Part shown: positions 1 to 10,413 of the stretch, in pieces
Numbering within the stretch: the stretch's first letter is position 1
Layout: each line of letters begins with the position of its first letter
Source: an uncultured Candidatus Rokubacteria bacterium
Lineage (GTDB): Bacteria > Methylomirabilota > Methylomirabilia > Rokubacteriales > CSP1-6
Reading direction: 5' to 3'
NCBI GenBank assembly: GCA_963754315.1
Contig: CAVWFS010000005.1
Span: forward strand, 160,001 to 224,000
DNA: 64,000 nucleotides
Position numbers and translations under genes: made by a program
Notes under the pieces: model-generated
Told to the model about the DNA's origin: nothing
Seen by the model: only the letters and a program-made list of their open reading frames with translations
Database searches by the model: none

Positions 1-636
1 CGCCGTGGGAAAGCGGGAGACATAGCGAACGGCGGGGCGCATCAGGAACGACGTGTACTCGTGTCCCAGCCAGTCGAGGGCCCGCCACGTGAACATCGGG
101 AAGATGAAGTAGTGATCGTCCAAGGTGTTCTTCGGGATGGCCACCGTCAGGAGCAGATCCAGCGCCTCGGCGCGGGGAGTGTTATCCCAGAGCCAGAGGA
201 AGTGGTGATCGGCGGCGTTGTAGAGCCCGCGGTCCAGGGCGGCGAAAAATGCCTTCTTGGTGGCCTCGACACCGCCCGCGTCTACCGGCTCGGCATCGGC
301 CATGATGTAGGGGCCCATGCCGGGATGATTGATGTGCTTGTTCGAGAGCGCGACGTGCTGAAGGATTGGCAGGAAGCGTTGCTCACCCGATACGCGCTCG
401 ACGGTGTGGTGCAGCGCATGGAGGCCGACGAGGGGGTGCAGCGGCCCTCCATGGTGACCGGGCGGCAAGTCCGAGGAACGGGTGACCGCCAGCGCGGACG
501 CGGTCAGGAGCTTCTTGACCGACAGGCCATCGCGCAGCTTGCCCAGGGTCGCTTCGAGGATCCGGCTGGCATCGGTCTCCTCCACGAATCGCACCAGCGG
601 CTCCATGTCGTCGGCGAACCGTACGGGCCTGTGCAT
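1..636 (-). CDS. Hypothetical His-rich protein, C-terminus runs off the window (absent from the ORF track)
   Basis: Manual translation: SD AAAGGAGA then ATG at 636; 212 open codons MHRPVRFADDMEPLVRFVEET...PPGHHGGPLHPLVGLHALHH...LDDHYFIFP. Confidence 0.75.
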   Translation of the reverse strand, partial: MHRPVRFADDMEPLVRFVEETDASRILEATLGKLRDGLSVKKLLTASALAVTRSSDLPPGHHGGPLHPLVGLHALHHTVERVSGEQRFLPILQHVALSNKHINHPGMGPYIMADAEPVDAGGVEATKKAFFAALDRGLYNAADHHFLWLWDNTPRAEALDLLLTVAIPKNTLDDHYFIFPMFTWRALDWLGHEYTSFLMRPAVRYVSRFPTA

Positions 637-984
637 GACCTTTCTCCTTTCGTTCCACGTAGCAGTGTTGCGTGAATCCTAGCGCGTAGCCGCGCCCTGC
701 GCACCTCTTTTGTCGGGGAGCCTGAGGCATGACAACGTGCACTCCTTGTCATTGGCCCACTCAACGTTCCGTCGTGCATATCGGCTCGACTCCCCGTCAA
801 TATCGATGCTTCGTCAGTTGACGGTCTCGATGTTGCCGATGCGCCACTCATCACGACGCCGGGGCCGCGGGCGGCCCCGCTGGACTCCGCCGTCGCTCGC
901 GCTCCGGCCGGAGCGTGCCGGCGGCACGCTCGGCGTTCCAGCGTGCCTCGAAGTCGCCCGTGCGCGCAGGCACCCGTCTCGACC

Positions 985-1190
985 CGGACACCACCTCCTT
1001 CAGCTCCAGCATCTACTCGCGCAGCCGCGCATCGAGGTCGGAGAACGGCTCGTCGAGCAGCAGCGCTGGGCCCGCAGGGGAAACGCGATGTTCTCGAACA
1101 CCGTCATGTGCGGCCAGATGGCGTAGCTCTGGAACACCATGCCCATCCGGCACCGCTCGGGGGGCCATCCGTCAAGCCGCGCGGCTGCCA
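985..1190 (-). pseudogene. Remnant of an ABC transporter ATP-binding subunit (MalK/PotA type) with a large internal deletion
   Basis: [24 protein letters not shown] (Q-loop region) joined almost directly, in another frame, to [15 protein letters not shown] (Walker B/D-loop); no Walker A or signature motif. Confidence 0.75.
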
Positions 1191-1221
1191 ACAACAGCTA
1201 CGCGGCTGCGGGGCACGATGG

Positions 1222-1635
1222 TCAGGTGCCGGTGAACACCATGACCCGCGTGGCGCGTGCTGCCGCCCGGAGCGCGCGATCCCGCGTGGCGATCGGGAGG
1301 CTCATGCGGAGGGCAAGCGAGAGGTACGCGGCGTCGTACGCCGACAACCGATGCCCCCGCGCCAGTGCCATCACCTCGGCCGGCTCCGGCGCGAACGAAC
1401 TGACGGTGATAGGCAGGCCCCCGAGAAGCTCGAGGAACCGCTGCCCGTCCTCCCGGCTGAGACGTCCCTGTCGCTCACTGACCACGAGCACGTTGACGAC
1501 CTCGAGGGACCACAGGCTTGGTACTATCGCCCGCTCGGCGGTCAGCGCGGCCAGTACCGCATCGCGGTAGCGGTCGGCCTCGTCCTCGAAGCACCAGGCC
1601 ATCGTCACCGAACAATCCAGGACAAAGCGCGTCAA
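1222..1635 (-). CDS. vapC: PIN-domain VapC toxin
   Basis: FVLDCSVTMAWCFEDE...LSAYDAAYLSLA...IATRD PIN motifs; ATGA overlap with the upstream antitoxin. Confidence 0.9.
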   Translation of the reverse strand: MTRFVLDCSVTMAWCFEDEADRYRDAVLAALTAERAIVPSLWSLEVVNVLVVSERQGRLSREDGQRFLELLGGLPITVSSFAPEPAEVMALARGHRLSAYDAAYLSLALRMSLPIATRDRALRAAARATRVMVFTGT

Positions 1636-1859
1636 CGCCGTCCCTGGATGATCAGCGATCGTAGCGAAGCACGCCCGAGTCGACGCCCTCTCCGAAACGC
1701 GCGCAGGCTGGTGATGACGTCAGCCACTGGCTGGGCTCCGGGCGCAGAATCAGCATGGCGACCTCCGTGCCGGGTGATGGTCACGCGCTCCCCTCGGAGG
1801 ACCTGGTCCAGGAGGTGCGGCAGCTGCGTCTTGGCCTCGTAGACACCGACCGTTGTCAT
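1632..1859 (-). CDS. Phd/YefM-family antitoxin, middle possibly damaged
   Basis: MTTVGVYEAKTQLPHLLDQVLRGERVTITRHG; the expected VAMLI segment lies in another frame. Confidence 0.8.
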   Translation of the reverse strand: MTTVGVYEAKTQLPHLLDQVLRGERVTITRHGGRHADSAPGAQPVADVITSLRAFRRGRRLGRASLRSLIIQGRR

Positions 1860-2242
1860 CCCCACCTCCGATAGACCAGAATGCACTAACGATAGACCGT
1901 TCTAGCGCTGCCCGCCATGGTGGCTGCCAAAGGACAGGCTCGGGTCCACAGGACAGGCTTGACGGCCGGGAACGGTCGCGCGATCGGTCCCGGACGGACG
2001 CACATGCTAAGGTCGGCCGGGTATCCAAGCATGGTCCGGGATCGGCAAGGACGCGACGATGATCGACACGTCTCCCGGGTCGAGGCGCGCTTCGAATGCC
2101 ACCTAGCTGCCTACGCCCGGCTCAACGAGGAGCGACGCGAGATCGATCCATGGTCAATGACACCGCCCGGTGGCAGGCGGATGGTGATTCAACCACTCTG
2201 TCGACGTTCGGCCTTCACTCATCGGCTTGAGGCGAAGCTTCG

Positions 2243-3041
2243 CTAGTAGTGCATGTCGGCGCGATTGCCGCCGTCGATGCCGATGGCTTCGCCGTGTACC
2301 CCGATGGTGAGCGGAGAGCACAGCATCGCCACGAAGTATCCGATGTCGGTCGCGGTGACGACGTGCTTGAGCAGCGTGCGCTCGTCGGCCGCTTTATGGA
2401 GCGCCTCCACCGTCGTGCCCTCGCGCTGCGCCTGCTCGGCGTAGCGCTCCAAGGTGGCCTCCGTGATGGTTTGCCCGGGGTAGATGGCGTTGACGTTGAT
2501 GCCGTACGGCCCGAGGGCGTTGGCCATCGACTTGGTCAGGTTGACGGTCCCGATATTGCGAATGCCCCCGCTCACCGCGACGCCGGGGGCGCGCCCGGCC
2601 CCGCCGCTGACGTTGATGACGCGCCCCCAGCCGGCCTGCTTCAGGTACGGGACGGCCGCCTGCACCGTGCGCAGGTAGCCCGACCACCTTCTCTTCGAAG
2701 TCACGCAGGACATCGGCATCGCTCACGGTCTCGACGGTGCCCGGCGTGCCGCCCACGCGGGCCGCGTTGTTGATCACGATGTGGATGCCGCCCAGCTCGC
2801 GCGCCGCCGTGTTGACGAAGTGCTTGATCGCGTCGGCGTTCAGGGTATCGCAGACGATGGGAATCACCTTCCGGCCCGATTCCTTCGCCAGCTCCGCGGC
2901 CGTGTGCTTCAGCGGTCCCTCGCTCCGGGAGCACATGGCAACGTCGCAGCCCTCGAGCGCGAGCTGGCGGGCGATGGCCCGGCCGATGCCGCGGCTGCCG
3001 CCGGTAACGATAGCTTTCTTGCCCGTGAGTTGCAGATCCAC
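2243..3041 (-). pseudogene. SDR family oxidoreductase with a +1 frameshift near 2680 (pseudogene or sequencing error)
   Basis: TGGSRGIG and NNAA in ORF 2394..3041; C-terminal half (VINVSG, NAIYPG, IGIDGG) in ORF 2243..2719; extra G in GTC GGG CTA. Confidence 0.85.
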
Positions 3042-3072
3042 TCATTCCTCCTCTGCCCCAATCCTCACCCGC

Positions 3073-4632
3073 TCAGGCATGGACACCGATGATCTTGTCC
3101 CAGTCGGTCGCGTGCTGGAAGGCGTGGGCGACCCGCATGAGGAGCGCATCGTCGAAGAAACGCCCGACGAGCTGCATGCTCACCGGCAGACCCGCCGAGG
3201 ACTTGCCCACCGGGAGGGCCAGCGCCGGGTGGCCGGTGTAGTTGAAGGGCTGGGTGTTGCGCGAGTAGCCCCTCGAGTTTGCCATGAGGTTGTCCTCGAC
3301 GGCCTCCATGTAGCTGCTCGGCCGCTGGTTCTTCGGCGCCGCCATGACACAGGTGGGCATCACGAGCACGTCGACATCCGCCAGGGCCGTGTCGTAGGCC
3401 TTGATGTAGCTGGGCCGCACGTTCTGGGCCTTGGCGTACACGCGGCCGTGGTAGTTGCGGCGGCTCAGCTCGGCGGCGATGAGTGACAGCTTGGTGCGTG
3501 GGGCGAGCACATCGGCCTGGGAGGCCCACAGCTTGTTGATGGCCGCGATGACGGAAGCGGGGTAGTAGGTCCTGGTGAAGGCGCCGAAGAAGCCGGTTCT
3601 GAACAGCGCCAGGGCACCCTCGCCCGTGAGCGCCGCCTGGGCCGTGCGGATGGCATGGTGAGCGGGGATGGACACCTTGGACACGTCGGCACCCGTCTTG
3701 GCGAGGACGTCGATCGCCGCCAGCACCACGTCGCGCACCTCGGCCTCCGCCTCGTCGAAGCCCTCCTGCAGCACGCCGATGCGCAGCCCGGCCACTCCGT
3801 CGGCCAGCCGGCCGAGCACGTCCATGCGCGCGGGAACATCGCGCGTCTGGCGGGGATCGTACGGGTCGTATCCCGCGGTGGCCTGAAGCGCCGCCGCCGC
3901 GTCCTCCACGGTGCGCGTCATGGGGCCCGTGTAGTCGATGCTCTGATCCGAGCCGAACCCGATCCCGAAGTGCGAGACGAGCCCGAACGTGGGCTTGTGG
4001 CCGATGATCCCGCAGAACGCCGCCGGGATGCGGATGGAACCGCCCTGGTCGCCGCCGAAGGAGATGTCCACCTCACGAGCGGCCACCGCCGCCGCCGAAC
4101 CTGACGACGAGCCCCCGGTCACGTGCTCATGGTGGTGGGGGTTGAGGGGCCGGCCGTAGTCGCCGATGGCGCCGCCGGTTCCGAATCCGCCACTCAGGCC
4201 GTTCATGACGTTCTTGCCGATGATGGTGCCCCCAGCCTGCAGCACGCGGGTGACCACGGTGGCGTCAAAGTCAGGGACGAAGCCCTCGAGGGCAAAGGAG
4301 CCAAAGCTCATGGGCATCCCGGCGACCGCGATGTGATCCTTGTAGCTGACGGTCTTGCCGGCCAGCACACCTCGGGCCGCCCCCTCGATCCGGCCCTTCC
4401 ACGTCCAGGCATTGAGCGGGTCATCCTCTGGCCCAGGCCGGTAACCGGGTGTCCGCGCGGCCGAAACCATCGGCGGCGCGGGCTCCTCCAGCCGCGCTTG
4501 CACGAAGCTGTCGAGCTCTGTCAGCTGCTCCGTGAGGTACTTCCGGTATAACCGGGCCTCCTCCGGACCCAGGTGAATTCCCAGTTCCTTGGCCACCGCC
4601 ACCACTTCATCGACGTCCGGGACTACGTACAT
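3073..4632 (-). CDS. Amidase signature family protein
   Basis: KD, GGSSSGS and GGDQGGSIRIPA motifs (Ser-cisSer-Lys triad). Confidence 0.92.
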   Translation of the reverse strand: MYVVPDVDEVVAVAKELGIHLGPEEARLYRKYLTEQLTELDSFVQARLEEPAPPMVSAARTPGYRPGPEDDPLNAWTWKGRIEGAARGVLAGKTVSYKDHIAVAGMPMSFGSFALEGFVPDFDATVVTRVLQAGGTIIGKNVMNGLSGGFGTGGAIGDYGRPLNPHHHEHVTGGSSSGSAAAVAAREVDISFGGDQGGSIRIPAAFCGIIGHKPTFGLVSHFGIGFGSDQSIDYTGPMTRTVEDAAAALQATAGYDPYDPRQTRDVPARMDVLGRLADGVAGLRIGVLQEGFDEAEAEVRDVVLAAIDVLAKTGADVSKVSIPAHHAIRTAQAALTGEGALALFRTGFFGAFTRTYYPASVIAAINKLWASQADVLAPRTKLSLIAAELSRRNYHGRVYAKAQNVRPSYIKAYDTALADVDVLVMPTCVMAAPKNQRPSSYMEAVEDNLMANSRGYSRNTQPFNYTGHPALALPVGKSSAGLPVSMQLVGRFFDDALLMRVAHAFQHATDWDKIIGVHA

Positions 4633-4643
4633 GGTCAGCTCTC

Positions 4644-5663
4644 CTAGTACGCCTGGATTCGCACCCCGTCGGCGGAATCACGGGCGTAGTTCTGATCCTG
4701 GTACCAGGCCATGTAACTCGCATACGTGAACGGCTCGAACTTCGGCGGCCTCTCCGCGCTCGTGCAGGTCGACAGGCACTCGATTGGCCAGTCGACGTGA
4801 CAGTCGAAGAAGAAGGGAATGGCGTACCGCTCGCGCCCCGACCGGTTGATCACCCGGTGCGGGGTTGCCAGGAACCGCTCGTTGGTCCAGCGCCGCAGCA
4901 TGTCACCGCCATTGACCAGGAAATGCCCGTCCAGTGCCGGCGCGTCGATCCACGTGCCGCTGCTGGTCCGGAGCGACAGGCCGGGGATCTTGTTCTGGGC
5001 CAGCAAGGTCATGAAGCTCGTGTCGGTGTGGGGCGCGATGCCGAACTCGTTGTCCTCCACCACCGCGACGGGCGGATAGTGCGACATCCGCAAGGTGTAC
5101 TGCGGCACGCTGAAGGCCTGAGCGAAGTGAGCGGCCGGTAAGTCGAGCGCGCGAGCGTAGATCGGGATCAGCCTGAGCGCGAGGGCCTCGAGGGCATCGC
5201 AATAGGCCACCACGGTCTCGCGGAAGCCGGGCAGGCCTTCGGGCCACAGATTTGCGCAGCGGAAGCGCTTGTTGGCGATCACGTCGGGATGATCGTGGGG
5301 CAGGTCTCGCTTGACGAAGAATGCCTCGTTCAGGTTCGGCTTATTATCGGGATTGATTCGCGAATGCCGGGTAGTCGCCCCCTTCATCGGCAGGTAGCCG
5401 ACATTGTGCTGGTTACGCTTCACCTTGAGCTTCTCCTCGAGGGGAAGGGCGTGGAAGCGCTCGGCTTCGGCGAATACCCGGTCGCTGAGCGCCTCCGGCA
5501 CGCCGTGGCCCCTGATGAAGTAGAAGCCGATATGCTCCAAGGCGTGCCGCAGCTCTGCCGCGAGCTGCTCCAGCGCGCCGGACCGGCCCTGGAGATAGGA
5601 AGCGAGATCCAGAATCGGGATCTGTTCCTCGGCGTTGCGAAGCACGGCGGGTGCGAGGCTCAT
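4644..5663 (-). CDS. Isopenicillin N synthase-like 2OG-Fe(II) oxygenase
   Basis: IPILDL, GFYFIRGHG, HTD, NGGDMLRRWTN, TPHRV, RYAIPFF; SD GGGAGG before ATG 5663. Confidence 0.9.
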   Translation of the reverse strand: MSLAPAVLRNAEEQIPILDLASYLQGRSGALEQLAAELRHALEHIGFYFIRGHGVPEALSDRVFAEAERFHALPLEEKLKVKRNQHNVGYLPMKGATTRHSRINPDNKPNLNEAFFVKRDLPHDHPDVIANKRFRCANLWPEGLPGFRETVVAYCDALEALALRLIPIYARALDLPAAHFAQAFSVPQYTLRMSHYPPVAVVEDNEFGIAPHTDTSFMTLLAQNKIPGLSLRTSSGTWIDAPALDGHFLVNGGDMLRRWTNERFLATPHRVINRSGRERYAIPFFFDCHVDWPIECLSTCTSAERPPKFEPFTYASYMAWYQDQNYARDSADGVRIQAY

Positions 5664-5753
5664 GGCAGACCTCCCGGTACGGCGATTGTCGGCGCGCCGG
5701 ACGGCTGGTGTCAACGTGCCCTGTCGGCGAGGCGCCGTGCTAGAGTCCCGCGG

Positions 5754-6971
5754 GTGAGACCGACGGCCCATCTCGCTGCTCGCATCGATGCGATCCTCGC
5801 CACCCTGCGCAGCGCCACGGGTGCCGCCCGCGCGACCCTCCGCATCGACCTTCCCGAGCGGGGCATCCATGTCGACGACGTCGCCGCCGAGGCCGTCAGA
5901 CCCGGCGTAGCGTCGCTGCGCGGACAGACCTCAATCGACCAGCGCGCCGCAGAGAGCATCCGCTGGATCGACGCTAACCGCCGTACGCTCGTGCAGCACG
6001 ATCTCAGCGGCCGTGTGGAGCCAGCGCCGCCGCCGCAGCTCATGTCGGTGTTCGGCGTGACCGCGCAGATGCTCGGGCCCGTGGTGCGCGGCGACGCGCT
6101 CACAGGGTGGATCTCCCTCCACGACGACAAGGGGCCGCGGCGGTGGACCGACGCCGACGTGGCGGCGCTCGACGCGGCCGTGCGCGCCGTGCAGCAGGAG
6201 CTCGACGGCGCCGATGCTCAGCGCACTGGGCGGCTGCAGGGTAAGGTCGCGCTCGTCACCGGCGGGAACACCGGGATCGGCCGTGCCATCGCCCTCGCCT
6301 ATGCGGAAGAAGGCGCGGAGGTCGCCATCGCCTGGGTGGCCAGGGAGCCGGAGGCGCGCTCCCTGGTCGCCGAGATGAAGCGGCGTGGACGGCGCGCCCT
6401 GGCAGTACGCTGCGACGTCACCAGCGAGGACGACGTGCGCGATCTCTTCCAGGCGGTCGTCGACGAGTTCGGCCGGATCGACGTGCTCGTGAACAACGCC
6501 GGCATCCAGAAGGCACAGGCGATCACCGACATGACCCTCGACGACTGGGAGCGTATGATGGCCGTCCACTTGCGCGGCGCCTTCCTGTGCTCGCGCGAGG
6601 TGGCGCGAATCATGATTCCGCAGGGCAGCGGCCGCATCATCCTCCTCAGCTCACAGCTCGCGTACATCGGACGGCCGCGCTACACCGCATACTCGGCAGC
6701 CAAGGGCGGCCTGCTCACCTTCGCGCGGGCCCTGGCCCAGGAGCTGGCGCCGCACGGCATCCTCGTCAATTCGATCGCGCCGGGCCTGATCGACACGGGA
6801 TTCGATCCGTTGCCGGAGGAGGCCAAGCGGGCGCATGCCGCTTCGTTGCCCCTCAAGCGCCTCGGTATGCCGGAGGATCTGGTCGGCGCCTTCGTCTTCC
6901 TCGCCTCGGACGAGAGCCGGTACTTCTGCGGTCAGACGCTCCATCCGAACGGTGGCGAGATCATGCCCTAG
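5754..6971 (+). CDS. GAF domain fused to an SDR oxidoreductase
   Basis: About 150 aa GAF-like N-terminus (AQMLGPVV...GWISLH...RRWTDADVAAL) in frame with TGGNTGIG, NNAG, YSAAK; GTG 7 nt after extended -10 TGcTAGAGT. Confidence 0.8.
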   Translation: MRPTAHLAARIDAILATLRSATGAARATLRIDLPERGIHVDDVAAEAVRPGVASLRGQTSIDQRAAESIRWIDANRRTLVQHDLSGRVEPAPPPQLMSVFGVTAQMLGPVVRGDALTGWISLHDDKGPRRWTDADVAALDAAVRAVQQELDGADAQRTGRLQGKVALVTGGNTGIGRAIALAYAEEGAEVAIAWVAREPEARSLVAEMKRRGRRALAVRCDVTSEDDVRDLFQAVVDEFGRIDVLVNNAGIQKAQAITDMTLDDWERMMAVHLRGAFLCSREVARIMIPQGSGRIILLSSQLAYIGRPRYTAYSAAKGGLLTFARALAQELAPHGILVNSIAPGLIDTGFDPLPEEAKRAHAASLPLKRLGMPEDLVGAFVFLASDESRYFCGQTLHPNGGEIMP

Positions 6972-7107
6972 CCATAGCGAGAGGCCGCGCGTAGTTCCGT
7001 TCCGGCGAAGGGCAGGGAAAATTCTTGACATTGGAGCGGGTCTGTCCCAGGTTCTCCGCAACGAGCACTCGAGGAGCATCAACCCAGGGAAAACGGGGGT
7101 CCAAGCG

Positions 7108-8820
7108 ATGGATCGCCAACGTTATGGGAAGGTTGCCGTGCTCCGCTACGTTCTGCTCCTGCCTATCCTGCTCCTGGTGGGCGGCTCTGCGGTGGCGGCG
7201 CCGCCGACGCCGGGGAAGCCCAAGGTGGACCGCCTCGTGATGGGGCTCATCACGCCGTACCACGACTATGTGCGCCCCTGGATCAATGGAACGGCTGATC
7301 ACAATATTCAACACGACCCCATGCTCGAGTGGCTCGTGGAGGTCGACGCAGAGACGGGCCAGTACAAACCCTGGTTGGCGGATAGCTGGACGCTGGGTCC
7401 TAATGGCCGGTCCTGGAGGGTGAAGCTGCACAAGGGCGTGCAATTCCATCATGGGTACGGGGAGTTCACGGCGCAGGATGTGGTCCACACCCATGCCCTC
7501 TGGTGCGACCCGAACTACCCTGGCCGGAAAGACCCACCGATCGCCGGCTACCGGGCCGGCATCTGTCAAGTCCAGAAGATCGAGGTGGTCAACCCTCACG
7601 AGATCACCATGCATTGCAAGGTCGTGTGTCTGGACATGCCGTTTTACTACTCGAGCGCGTCGAACGTCATGATCTTCAGCAAGAAGCAGTGGGACGCCGA
7701 AGGCGAGATGGGTTACGACAAGAAGCCGGCCGGGACGGGGCCGTACATCTTCAAAGAGCGAGAGCTGGGGCGGTATGTCCTGTACGAGCGCGCGCCAACC
7801 CCGCACTGGAAGCATGGCGTGGTGGACTGGAAAGAGATCAAGATGACGTGGACCATCGAAGAAGCGACGCGCTTTGCGCAGCTGTTAGCGGGCGAAACGC
7901 ATCTCACCGAAGTCAACAAAGACCTCACCGACGACCTGGTCAAGAAAGGCTACAAGCTCATCCGGAGCCGAGGGACCGCGCAGCAGATGCAGATCAATTT
8001 CGGCGGCCTCTACTTCGGCACCGAGGACAAGGCCACGGGGCGCTACACGGAGTACGGAGGTACCACGGGCAAATTGGACCCGAAGCTCCCCTGGGCGAAC
8101 ATCAAAGTGCGGCAGGCCATGAACAAGGCCATCAACCGGAAAGAGCTCCTCAAGGTGCTGTACAAGGGTCGGGCGAACCCCATGTACGTGCATGGCTTCT
8201 ACCCGGACCTGGAAGGCTGGGACCCCACCTGGGAGAAGCGGTTCCCGGCGATGTATGGCTATGACCCGGCCGCGGCAAAACGGCTGCTCGCGGAGGCGGG
8301 GTATCCCACGGGCTTCAAAGCCAAAGCCTGGCTCTATCCCTTCGCCGGCGCTCCGGAAATGGTCGCGGTGATGGAAGCCGTGGCCAATCAGTTGCGCGAG
8401 GTGGGCATCGAGATAGAGCTGGTAGAGGCCGACTGGGTGGCTGCCGTGCGCCCCAAGTTGCAGAAGCGCGAAGCCAGTGGCTATCTCTGGGCGATTCCCC
8501 CTTCGAAGAAAGCGGTAGAGCCGCAGCTCGCTGTCTTCAACGTCGGCAAGGGGATCGGACATATCTTTCAGACCGATGAGATCTACAAGATGTGGGAAGA
8601 CCTCCTGCAGATCACCGATGGGAAGGCCAGGGACGCACAGCTCCGCAAGATCGGCAACTACAAGTTCGAGAGCTTCGAGACCATCCCTCTCTTCGACGTG
8701 TTCATTGAGGTCATCGTGGATCCCAAGATCATCGCGGACTGGCCCTTTCCTGGCTGGGACGGGGGCGACATCGGCCACACGTGGCGAATCATGGCCTGTA
8801 AACAGGCCAAGCCCTGCTAA
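7108..8820 (+). CDS. ABC transporter substrate-binding protein, family 5 (peptide/nickel)
   Basis: Signal peptide, PWLADSW, GTGPY, VRQAMNKAINR, YDPAAAKRLLAEAGYP. Confidence 0.9.
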   Translation: MDRQRYGKVAVLRYVLLLPILLLVGGSAVAAPPTPGKPKVDRLVMGLITPYHDYVRPWINGTADHNIQHDPMLEWLVEVDAETGQYKPWLADSWTLGPNGRSWRVKLHKGVQFHHGYGEFTAQDVVHTHALWCDPNYPGRKDPPIAGYRAGICQVQKIEVVNPHEITMHCKVVCLDMPFYYSSASNVMIFSKKQWDAEGEMGYDKKPAGTGPYIFKERELGRYVLYERAPTPHWKHGVVDWKEIKMTWTIEEATRFAQLLAGETHLTEVNKDLTDDLVKKGYKLIRSRGTAQQMQINFGGLYFGTEDKATGRYTEYGGTTGKLDPKLPWANIKVRQAMNKAINRKELLKVLYKGRANPMYVHGFYPDLEGWDPTWEKRFPAMYGYDPAAAKRLLAEAGYPTGFKAKAWLYPFAGAPEMVAVMEAVANQLREVGIEIELVEADWVAAVRPKLQKREASGYLWAIPPSKKAVEPQLAVFNVGKGIGHIFQTDEIYKMWEDLLQITDGKARDAQLRKIGNYKFESFETIPLFDVFIEVIVDPKIIADWPFPGWDGGDIGHTWRIMACKQAKPC

Positions 8821-8995
8821 GGAGTCGCCGCCGCCCTGCACCCGGACGAAAGGCTCAGCCTGGAAGCGGCCGTGGCGAAGGGCGCGCGTGCCCTAGCGGC
8901 TGAGCGAGCACACCAGGCGCGAGCCGGGCGGCGTTTTGAAGGCGTAAGGCGTCTGAGCGACTGCTCGCAGCGATAACGGCTAGGAGGCACGCGCG

Positions 8996-10366
8996 ATGCG
9001 GACCGCCATCCGCAACACCACCGTCGTCACCGCCGACGCGGGACGCACGATTCATCACGATGCCACCCTGCTCATCGAGAACGATCGCATCGCCGCCATC
9101 GATCCAACGAACCGGACGGCCGATCTGCCCGGCACCGACGTGATCGACGGCCGCGGCAAGGCGGTGTTCCCCGGGCTCTCCAACTGTCACACCCACCTGC
9201 ACCTCACACACTCGCGGGGTATCCAGGAGGATTTCGGCTTCCCCTCCACCTTGCGCTTCCCGACCACGGTCGCCGCCTTCATGAGCAAGGAGGAGTTGGC
9301 CGTGTTCGCGGCGCTCGGCGCCGTCGAGGCCATCCGCTGCGGCACCACCGGACTGATCGAGATCGGCTTCGACGTGCAGGACTACGCCGCCGCCATTGTC
9401 CCCAGCGGGCTCAGGCTTGTGCTGGCGCAGAGCGCCAGCGACGTCGCCGCCGACGCGCTGGCCGCGAGTGGCATGTTCTCGCCCGCGCGCGCCGACACCT
9501 CGCTGCGGCGCGTGGCCGATGTGATCGAGCGCTGGCACGGCGCCGAGAGTGGCCGCATCACCTGTTGCGTGGCCGCGCATGCCCCGGAGGCATGCTCGCC
9601 GGACCTGCTGCGCGCCAGCCGGACGCTGGCCGCGTCGAAGCGCACCCGGTACACGATCCACCTGAACCAGAGCCGCCGCGAGGTGGAGCAGGTCATGCGC
9701 CTACGCGGCGTGCGGCCCACGGAATATCTCTTCCAGAACGACTTCCTCGGGCCTGACTTGATCGCCGCCCACTGTCGCTTCATGGCGCCCTCCGAGGTGG
9801 CGCTGCTCGCGCAGAGCCGCGCCTTCGTCTCCCACAACGCGGCCATGGCCGCGCGGCGTGCAGCGGCGCCACCGATCCAGGCGCTGGCGACGGGAGGGTG
9901 CACCATCGCCATGGGCTCCGACAACATGGCCGAAGACATGGTGGAGGTGATGCGCACGGGCCTCTTCATGGAGCGCGTGATCCGCGAGGACGCCCAGTCG
10001 CCCCAGCCGGAAGACGTGCTGGAGTGGGCGGCGCGCAACGGCGCTCGCGCGCTGGGCCACGCGGACGCGGGCAGCTTGGAGGTCGGGAAGAAGGCCGATC
10101 TCTTCATCGTCGACGCCCGGCGGCCCAATCTGGTGCCCGCGGTCCGAATCGTCTCCGCGTTCATCCACAACGGGCAGGGCGCCGACGTCGAGGCGGTCAT
10201 GGTGGACGGGCGCTGGTTGATGCGCGACGGCAAGGTGCTCACCTTGGACGAGGCGGACATCGTCGCGCGCGCCGAGCAGATTGGACAGCGCGCGTGGCGT
10301 CAGCTCATCGAGAAGCATCCGGACGTGCCCTTCCCCATCCGGCTGCCAACGGCAGGTACCGCATGA
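8996..10366 (+). CDS. Metal-dependent amidohydrolase (SsnA/AtzA/MTA deaminase-like)
   Basis: PGLSNCHTH, IHLNQS, MGSDN, GSLEVGKKADL; SD AGGAGG. Confidence 0.9.
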   Translation: MRTAIRNTTVVTADAGRTIHHDATLLIENDRIAAIDPTNRTADLPGTDVIDGRGKAVFPGLSNCHTHLHLTHSRGIQEDFGFPSTLRFPTTVAAFMSKEELAVFAALGAVEAIRCGTTGLIEIGFDVQDYAAAIVPSGLRLVLAQSASDVAADALAASGMFSPARADTSLRRVADVIERWHGAESGRITCCVAAHAPEACSPDLLRASRTLAASKRTRYTIHLNQSRREVEQVMRLRGVRPTEYLFQNDFLGPDLIAAHCRFMAPSEVALLAQSRAFVSHNAAMAARRAAAPPIQALATGGCTIAMGSDNMAEDMVEVMRTGLFMERVIREDAQSPQPEDVLEWAARNGARALGHADAGSLEVGKKADLFIVDARRPNLVPAVRIVSAFIHNGQGADVEAVMVDGRWLMRDGKVLTLDEADIVARAEQIGQRAWRQLIEKHPDVPFPIRLPTAGTA

Positions 10367-10413
10367 CGCCCCTGACCACGGACCTCCGTGGCTGAGGGTG
10401 CACGGAGAAATCC

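Noticed and set aside
61..675. 204-aa plus-strand ORF
   Set aside because: Antisense shadow of the minus-strand gene starting at 636, which has a strong SD.
2057..2246. Possible small broken ORF (MIDTSP/VEARF...)
   Set aside because: Too short and frame-broken to assign.
4644..5663. Beta-lactam biosynthesis suggested by the IPNS-like oxygenase
   Set aside because: No ACV synthetase or NRPS in the window; the context is catabolic.
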